From NCBI GenBank assembly GCA_046536595.1, contig JAWDMM010000004.1, positions 1-53,409 on the forward strand: a stretch of DNA of 53,409 nucleotides, written 5' to 3'. This document shows, piece after piece, positions 47,356 to 53,409 of this stretch (the stretch's first letter is position 1; each line of letters starts with the position of its first letter). The position numbers were made by a program, and so were the translations under genes. The notes below the pieces were generated by a model. That model searched no databases. It worked only from the letters and a program-made list of their open reading frames with translations, and was not told the DNA's origin. This stretch comes from Nitrososphaeria archaeon (GTDB lineage: Archaea > Thermoproteota > Nitrososphaeria > Conexivisphaerales > UBA164).

Positions 47356-48401
47356 GATTTGGTTTTTAATTCCTTTAACTGCTTTATTAACTCTGGCACT
47401 ATTTTCTTGTAATCGCCCACTATGCCGTAATCGCAGTTTTCAAATATAGGGGCATACTGATCAGAGTTTATGGCAACAACTATCTTTGCTTCCCTTATTC
47501 CGAAAACGTGTTGCGCTGCTCCGCTTATTCCAATGGCTACGTAAAGGTTAGGCTTTACTGTTTTTCCGGTCTGTCCAACCTGTCTTTCATGGGGTATCCA
47601 TCCAAGGTCTACAGCTTTTCTACTTCCAGCGTATGTTCCTCCAAGGACGCTGGCCAGTTCTTTTACCAGTTCGAAACCGTCCTTGCTGCCAAGCCCTCTT
47701 CCGCCTGAAACAATTATCTCTGCCTTTTCAAGAGGCATCTCTTCTGATTTCTGTATTTCTACCCTGCTTATAAGTTCCAATCCTGTATCATGAACCTCAG
47801 ATACTTCTTCTTTAATTATTGATTCAAGTTTTCTGTTTTCGTCTTTCTTTGGCGTTGGAAAAACGTTAGGCCTTACGCTGCCCATAACTGGCCTTCTTCT
47901 CATTGTCCTTATGTGAGCGAGTTGCCATGCTCCAAAAGGAGGCCTGACAAGAATTACTTCTTTATTTTTTTCGTCTACTTCTATCATCGTAAGGTCAGCG
48001 GTTATTCCTGTCCTGAGGTGGTTTGCTATGTACGGGGCGAGCTCCCTTCCTCTCATCGTCCCAGCTACAAGAAAAGCTTCAGGTTTGTATTTTTTGGCGA
48101 GTTGGGCAAGGACCTCGCCGTAAAGAGGCGTATAATATGTACTAAGCTTTTCATCGTCAACATAAATTACCTGGTCCGCTCCGTACTTTCCAAGGTCTTC
48201 AATCAATCCTTCGATCTTATAGCCTATAATTACAGCTACGAGCTTGCTTCCCAGCTTGTCTGCAACTTCCCTTCCTTTGCCAAGTATCTGAAGGCTTGGC
48301 TCAAGTATCTGCCCCTTATCGGTTTCGATGTAAATCCAGACATTTTTATGCTCAGCGGGGTTTACAGGGTTCCAGTCCGGACAGATAGAAGGAGTGCTCA
48401 T
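47352..48401 (-). CDS. etfA: Electron transfer flavoprotein alpha subunit (FixB)
   Basis: GRELAP, G.TAD, RP.FG, SGGRG, QVGQTGK.V.P, GISGA.QH. Confidence 0.92.
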   Translation of the reverse strand: MSTPSICPDWNPVNPAEHKNVWIYIETDKGQILEPSLQILGKGREVADKLGSKLVAVIIGYKIEGLIEDLGKYGADQVIYVDDEKLSTYYTPLYGEVLAQLAKKYKPEAFLVAGTMRGRELAPYIANHLRTGITADLTMIEVDEKNKEVILVRPPFGAWQLAHIRTMRRRPVMGSVRPNVFPTPKKDENRKLESIIKEEVSEVHDTGLELISRVEIQKSEEMPLEKAEIIVSGGRGLGSKDGFELVKELASVLGGTYAGSRKAVDLGWIPHERQVGQTGKTVKPNLYVAIGISGAAQHVFGIREAKIVVAINSDQYAPIFENCDYGIVGDYKKIVPELIKQLKELKTKS

Positions 48402-49211
48402 CTATATCACCTTCTCTTCTTTTAACTTTGAAACCAACCAAGAAACCATCTCTTCAGGAGGTTTGCCCTGCATTATTTGCATCTTTCTGGGTATTTTGCC
48501 TATGAATTCTGTTTTTGCCACTATAGTAGGTGATCCTTTTAACCCAGTACAAAGCGGGTTAAGCTGAAGCTCGTTATTTGTATAAACCTTTACTGGTTTT
48601 TCTTTTACAGCCTTTATCTTGTTTTTTAAAGTTACGTCACGAGGCTGTAGAGAGTGCATGAGCACAGATATGAGAGCCGGAAGCTTTACCCTGTATTTTT
48701 CGATATATGTCTCGAGCTGCCTTGTAAGTATCATGTGGCCATCCTGCATTTCAGCTTCTGTGACATAATAAACATACGGTATACCTAGCCACGAAGAAAC
48801 CTGTGCTCCTATGTGCGCTGTAGAAGAATCTAGAGTTTCCTGCCCAGCAACTATAAGATCATAATGATTTACAACCTTTTTTATCGCTTGTGATATTACA
48901 TACGATGTTGCGAGAGTGTCAGCTCCGCCATACACTCTATCGGTCAGCAGTATACCTTCATCAATTCCCATTCCAACCAGATATTCTATTCCCTTCGTAG
49001 CTGACGGAGGAGCCATTATCATGGCCATTATTTTACCCCCATACTTTTCCTTCAGTCTTAAAGCAAATTCAGCTGCAACCAGGTCATGAGGATTAACAAC
49101 GCTCGGGACACCCTCTCTAATGAGCGTACCTGTATTAGGGTCAACGTTAACGGTGGTTGTATTTGGCACGTATTTGAACAGCAAAATTATGTCTAATCCC
49201 ATATTTATCAC
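48402..49211 (-). CDS. etfB: Electron transfer flavoprotein beta subunit (FixA)
   Basis: K.VP, TL.REG....NP.D, GADTLATS, GLKGSPT; start may be 49202. Confidence 0.92.
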   Translation of the reverse strand: MINMGLDIILLFKYVPNTTTVNVDPNTGTLIREGVPSVVNPHDLVAAEFALRLKEKYGGKIMAMIMAPPSATKGIEYLVGMGIDEGILLTDRVYGGADTLATSYVISQAIKKVVNHYDLIVAGQETLDSSTAHIGAQVSSWLGIPYVYYVTEAEMQDGHMILTRQLETYIEKYRVKLPALISVLMHSLQPRDVTLKNKIKAVKEKPVKVYTNNELQLNPLCTGLKGSPTIVAKTEFIGKIPRKMQIMQGKPPEEMVSWLVSKLKEEKVI

Positions 49212-49502
49212 CTAGCTAAAACGATAAAATATACCTTTTCCGCTCTTGGGGAATGTCCATGTGATAGCTTCCATAGGACATACGACTCTGCAAGTACCAC
49301 ATTCTACGCAACCCTCATAGCTGAAGAGTATACCGTTCTCAGTTTCCGTATAACAACCTGTTGGGCATAGCCTTACGCATGCCTTTGTTGGGCAGTTCTT
49401 ACACTTATCATAGTTTACAGTTATGTGAGGCTTTGAGTCCACATCCCATATGTTCACGTTGATTATGTCGGTTAACCTTAACTTTCTTTCTGGCGAGCTC
49501 AC
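49212..49502 (-). CDS. fixX: FixX/EtfX ferredoxin
   Basis: HI.V...C..C....C...CP..CY, GCVECGTCR..CP, W.FP..G.G. Confidence 0.9.
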   Translation of the reverse strand: MSSPERKLRLTDIINVNIWDVDSKPHITVNYDKCKNCPTKACVRLCPTGCYTETENGILFSYEGCVECGTCRVVCPMEAITWTFPKSGKGIFYRFS

Positions 49503-50797
49503 AGTGCTCTCACCATCCTGTAACCGTCAATCAAAAGCTTTAACATCGAGTACTGGTTTTCTTTGCAAGATTCATTTATTGCATCCCATGCTTTAGAAGG
49601 CCCATCAGGATTTTCGAACATCCTCTTCATCACACCGCTCATGATTTTGGGGTATTTCTCAAATAGCAAACTGTTTTTCATAATCTCGTGAACTTTTCTG
49701 AACCTCTTTAGTTCCTTTATCACTATGCTATCCTCGAGCATTTCCTCATAAGAAGAAAGCGCGCCTGCACTGTAATTGCCTCTCGTGTGTGCGCTTTCGA
49801 TCGCCTTTCCCGCAAGGTAACCGGAGTACGCTGCGAAGTCTACACCTCTGTATGTATAACCTGCGTTTAAAAGAAGACCGGCGGCATCCCCTGTTATCAG
49901 GAGTCCGTCGTAAACAAGACGTTCAGGACGTAGAGACCATACGTCCTCCGGTATCAGATGAGCGGAATATTCTGAAATCCTCAGGTTCTGAAGGTAATTC
50001 TTTAGAGCAGGTGCCGTCCTTAAAGATTCAACAAGTTGACTTATATGATCCTTTACGTTCGTTATTGCTTTATCCAGAAGGACAACAACGCCCAGGCTAA
50101 CAGAATCGCGGTTCGTGTACAGGAACGCCCCTCCTGGAGCGTTTGCAGTAGCAGCCCCGAGGAAAACCCATGCGAGCCCTTCGTTTTGAGAAAGACCGAA
50201 AGCGTCTTCTATCTGTTTGCTATCTCCTTTTAGAACTTCTTTTACTCCAAGAGCAACAAGCTCTGGCTTTAACGGTTTTACTATGCCCGAAGCTTCGAGG
50301 ACAAGCCTGTTTACCCCTTCAGCATCCACAACCACGTCCGACCTTAACACGTCTTCACCTGAAACCACGCCAGCAACTTTGTTGTTTTCTCTGTAGAAAT
50401 TCGTGACCGGGACGTCTGTTATTATTGTAGCGCCTGCTGTTTCTGCCTGTATACCCATCCATTTTACAACTTCAGTCAAATAAGCGGTAAAGCTTATTGC
50501 ATCTTTCCCCTGGTAATCTATGGATATCATGCTTTCATAATCAGGCATTATGCTTATCCTTTCTTTTTTAACCCATCTGTGCACAGGCATTGAGTTAAAG
50601 TTCGGGTAAATCTCTTTAAGAGGCGCGGCGTATATCCTGCCTCCGTAAATGCTCTTGGAGCCGACTTCTCTACCTCTTTCTAGAACGGCCGTTTTGAAAC
50701 CCTTTTTTGCAAGGTAGTATGCAGCAGCTAAACCTGCGGGGCCAGCCCCAACTACAGCTACGTCAAATTTTTGATCTAGTACGTTCATCCCTTCCAT
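49499..50797 (-). CDS. fixC: FixC/EtfC ETF:quinone oxidoreductase-like flavoprotein
   Basis: GAGPAG, ERG...GSK..YGG, ALGVKE, GGAFLYTN, EYSAHLIPE, GDAAG. Confidence 0.9.
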   Translation of the reverse strand: MEGMNVLDQKFDVAVVGAGPAGLAAAYYLAKKGFKTAVLERGREVGSKSIYGGRIYAAPLKEIYPNFNSMPVHRWVKKERISIMPDYESMISIDYQGKDAISFTAYLTEVVKWMGIQAETAGATIITDVPVTNFYRENNKVAGVVSGEDVLRSDVVVDAEGVNRLVLEASGIVKPLKPELVALGVKEVLKGDSKQIEDAFGLSQNEGLAWVFLGAATANAPGGAFLYTNRDSVSLGVVVLLDKAITNVKDHISQLVESLRTAPALKNYLQNLRISEYSAHLIPEDVWSLRPERLVYDGLLITGDAAGLLLNAGYTYRGVDFAAYSGYLAGKAIESAHTRGNYSAGALSSYEEMLEDSIVIKELKRFRKVHEIMKNSLLFEKYPKIMSGVMKRMFENPDGPSKAWDAINESCKENQYSMLKLLIDGYRMVRAL

Positions 50798-50936
50798 AGA
50801 TATATTTTTTGATTTATTTAAATGATATTGTTGTAAAAATTTTAAAATGGTTTGGTTTTTATTGTAATTTTCTTAAATTATTTGGAAAGCGTTATTTATG
50901 GGAATGTTTAAATCTGCATGCGCGTTAAAAATAAAT

Positions 50937-51001
50937 TGCGGCTATGAATACCTCTGGGGATGTCTGAAACATGATGACCCCATAGCTCACAATGAGCCGC
51001 A
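50937..51001 (+). ncRNA. Candidate box C/D guide sRNA
   Basis: Terminal stem TGCGGC/GCCGCA; C-like ATGAATA (50944); D' CTGA (50964); C' ATGATGA (50971); D-like ATGA (50992); 13- and 14-nt spacers; TTTAAAT about 25 nt upstream. Confidence 0.7.
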
Positions 51002-51089
51002 CGATATGTAATAACAAAGGTATCAATTTTGCAAATTTTTGAACTTTTTGCAGTCAAACGTATATATATTTTAATATAATATTGATAGT

Positions 51090-52289
51090 ATGGATTTAAC
51101 GCTCATCATTTTATACACAGTTTCGACAGCTTTTATATTGTATTTCACGATCAGACCCTATGCTTTTTCCATACTTCAGTTTTTTAAAAAATACAGGTTT
51201 AAAGGCCTGAAGCTGATCAGGGTCCCAAAGGTTACCGTGATAATTCCGGCTTATAATGAGGAAAATACTATTGAAAGAGTTTTAAAAAACGTTCTATCTT
51301 TTGATTATCCAAATTTCGAAGTTATAATTGCTGATGATTCAACAGACGGCACGGCTGAAAAGATTTCAAGGTTTAAAGACCTCAGGTTAAAGATTGTTCA
51401 CAGAAACGACAGAAAAGGATGGAAAGCTGGCGCAATAAACAATGCATTGAACTATGCAGATCCCTCTTCTGAGTACACTGTGCTGCTGGATGCTGACAGC
51501 ATACCCTCTGCTGACCTGCTTACAAAGCTTGTTGAAAGGATTCAGGAAGGGTACGATGCTGTACAGGGCGTTCAGCTCCCTGTAATCAATTCAGAATATA
51601 ACAGGATAGCAAAGGCGAACTCAATAATTCAGAGCTACTATCAGCTGATAGAACAGCCTTCAAAATTTTACATAGGTTTGCCCGTCACCTTAACCGGCAG
51701 CAATTTTATTATAAAAACAACTCTTCTGAAAGAATACAGGTTAAACGAAGATATAGGAGAGGACTGGGAATTAACCCTGAGGCTCGCCAAAGACGGCCAT
51801 AGAATAGCTTATGCTCCTGACATAGCTGTGAAGTGCGAGGTTCCATTCAACCTAAAAGAATCTATAAACCAGTACGTGAGGTGGAATGAAGGAATGGTAA
51901 GATCAACTTTGAGAAAGATAAACGACATAATGCAGAGCGACATGCCTTTCGCGAGCAAAGTTGATCTCGTAATGACGGGGCTTACGCCTTTCATAACCTT
52001 TGCTCTTATAATATCGATGATCTCAGGAGGGTACATTTACTTTAATCAGCCACAGTTCAGGCCTATGATATTATTTTTTACGGCTTTCATAATGATTTCG
52101 GGCATAGTAACGATGATATCCTCAGCATCCAAGATTGGTCTGAATTACCTTTATGCACTGTTTTCTGAGATAATGTACTTCGTTTTTGTACCCTTTGCCA
52201 TTTATGCTTCTCTAAGAGGTATATTCCTGAAACACGGAACTTTTATAAGGACAGCAAAGTTTGGCGAGATAAAATACACTATAGAATAA
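51090..52289 (+). CDS. Membrane GT2 glycosyltransferase (cellulose-synthase-like)
   Basis: IPAYNE, DDS.D, KAGA.N, DAD, GED, QYVRW (QxxRW); flanking TM helices. Confidence 0.9.
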   Translation: MDLTLIILYTVSTAFILYFTIRPYAFSILQFFKKYRFKGLKLIRVPKVTVIIPAYNEENTIERVLKNVLSFDYPNFEVIIADDSTDGTAEKISRFKDLRLKIVHRNDRKGWKAGAINNALNYADPSSEYTVLLDADSIPSADLLTKLVERIQEGYDAVQGVQLPVINSEYNRIAKANSIIQSYYQLIEQPSKFYIGLPVTLTGSNFIIKTTLLKEYRLNEDIGEDWELTLRLAKDGHRIAYAPDIAVKCEVPFNLKESINQYVRWNEGMVRSTLRKINDIMQSDMPFASKVDLVMTGLTPFITFALIISMISGGYIYFNQPQFRPMILFFTAFIMISGIVTMISSASKIGLNYLYALFSEIMYFVFVPFAIYASLRGIFLKHGTFIRTAKFGEIKYTIE

Positions 52290-52298
52290 TAAAAAGTT

Positions 52299-53243
52299 TT
52301 AAAGCTCGTAGATCATTTGCTCCCCTTTGATTCCCGCTAATAAGTTTTTAACGGAAACTTCAGCCATCTTCTGCCTTGTTTCATGTGTCGCGCTACCAAT
52401 GTGAGGCGTGAGCACAACGTTTTCGAGCTCTATAAGTGGGTTGTCAGGGCTTGTTGGCTCCTCTTCAAAAACATCCAGAGCAGCTCCCCTTATTGTGCCA
52501 GATTTCAGAGCTTCCGTTAAAGAACGCTCATCGATAACTTTACCCCTAGAGGCGTTTATCAGGAAAGCGCTCCTTTTCATTTTTTCAAGAAAATCCCTGT
52601 TTACCATGTGGTACGTTGTGGGGTTAAGGTCCACAGCCAGGACTACGAAATCTGATTCTTTAAGCAAATAGTCAAGGTCAACGAATTCTATATCAACGTC
52701 CTTTTTAGTCCTGCTGTTGTAAATCACTTTCATACCAAAACCTTTAGCCCTTTTTATGAGCGCCTTACCTATCCTTCCCATTCCAACTATTCCAAGAACT
52801 TTACCGCTGACCTCCGTTCCGAGCATAAAATCAGGAGTCCAGGGCTGGTTCCACTTTCCAGATCTTATCAGCTTGTCTCCTTCAACTATTCTCCTTGCAG
52901 CAGCAAGCATCAACCCGAATATAAGATCAGCTGTCGCATCTGTCAGGACTTCCGGTGTGTAACCTATCCTGATTTTCTTTGATTTAGCGTAATTTACGTC
53001 TATGTGATCATATCCGACGCTGAAAGTGCTTATGACCTTGAGCTTTTCGGCCGCATCTATGACTTCGCGATCTACCCTGTTCACAAGGCTACAGAGCAGG
53101 CCGTCAGCATCCCTGATGTTTTCTTTTATCCATGTCTTTGAAGGAGGAACAGGAGAGTCCCAGGCTTTAACATCGAGTCCGTTATCTTTCAGAAATTTTA
53201 TCCATTCATCAAAAAACCTGAATGAAACCAAGACCTTTTGCAT
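52299..53243 (-). CDS. gyaR: Glyoxylate reductase / D-2-hydroxyacid dehydrogenase
   Basis: SVGYDHID, TP.VLTDATAD, G.G.IG, INASRG, LDVFE.EP, PHIGSAT. Confidence 0.88.
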   Translation of the reverse strand: MQKVLVSFRFFDEWIKFLKDNGLDVKAWDSPVPPSKTWIKENIRDADGLLCSLVNRVDREVIDAAEKLKVISTFSVGYDHIDVNYAKSKKIRIGYTPEVLTDATADLIFGLMLAAARRIVEGDKLIRSGKWNQPWTPDFMLGTEVSGKVLGIVGMGRIGKALIKRAKGFGMKVIYNSRTKKDVDIEFVDLDYLLKESDFVVLAVDLNPTTYHMVNRDFLEKMKRSAFLINASRGKVIDERSLTEALKSGTIRGAALDVFEEEPTSPDNPLIELENVVLTPHIGSATHETRQKMAEVSVKNLLAGIKGEQMIYEL

Positions 53244-53300
53244 AAAACTCTTTAGCTTTACATCAATAAAAGTTTTAAAAGCCTTTGTAGGAAAGTGTTT

Positions 53301-53409
53301 ATGCTGTTTTATTTTTATCTGGTTGTCGTGTATGTGCTGGCTATAGCGCTTGGCCGTTTAAAGGCTTCTGTGCCTGACGCAGCCGTTAAGGCTGCTGTGA
53401 TAATACTTA
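53301..53409 (+). CDS. 5' end of a probable membrane protein (truncated by window)
   Basis: Open frame MLFYFYLVVVYVLAIALGRLKASVPDAAVKAAVIIL running off the end; hydrophobic. Confidence 0.45.
   Translation, partial: MLFYFYLVVVYVLAIALGRLKASVPDAAVKAAVIIL

Noticed and set aside
47913..48425. 170-aa plus-strand ORF
   Set aside because: Antisense shadow of etfA. The same applies to the many 60-120-aa ORFs opposite confident genes.

Overview
AT-rich archaeal chromosome segment. PolB1, Spt5, SecE, PDCD5, Sua5, a ThermoDBP-related protein and a Zn-ferredoxin point to a thermoacidophilic TACK-type archaeon (inference). It carries about 45 densely packed housekeeping and metabolic genes: DNA/RNA maintenance (EndoV, Lhr plus metallophosphoesterase, PolB1, RNase HI and HII, an HD hydrolase), peptide/amino-acid/acyl-CoA catabolism (pepQ, ilvE, four-subunit 2-oxoacid:ferredoxin oxidoreductase, ADP-forming acyl-CoA ligase, acyl-CoA and 3-hydroxyacyl-CoA dehydrogenases, proline and P5C dehydrogenases) and two electron-transfer modules (NfnAB, EtfAB-CX). 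The most unusual signal is intergenic. (i) There are six IS200/IS605-derived non-autonomous elements or remnants. Two copies of one cassette retain a TnpB omega-RNA-like sequence with covarying stems but no protein gene. (ii) Three insertions sit exactly at host stop codons; in two of them the element's right end replaces the original TAA with TGA in the same frame. (iii) An amt gene is enclosed in IS6-type inverted repeats with a degenerate 8-bp target duplication. (iv) A TIR-MITE is nested inside a minimal IS605 element. (v) There is an unannotated box C/D sRNA candidate and a secE gene missing from the ORF track. No CRISPR array, tRNA or rRNA was recognised. All product calls come from motif recognition, not database searches.
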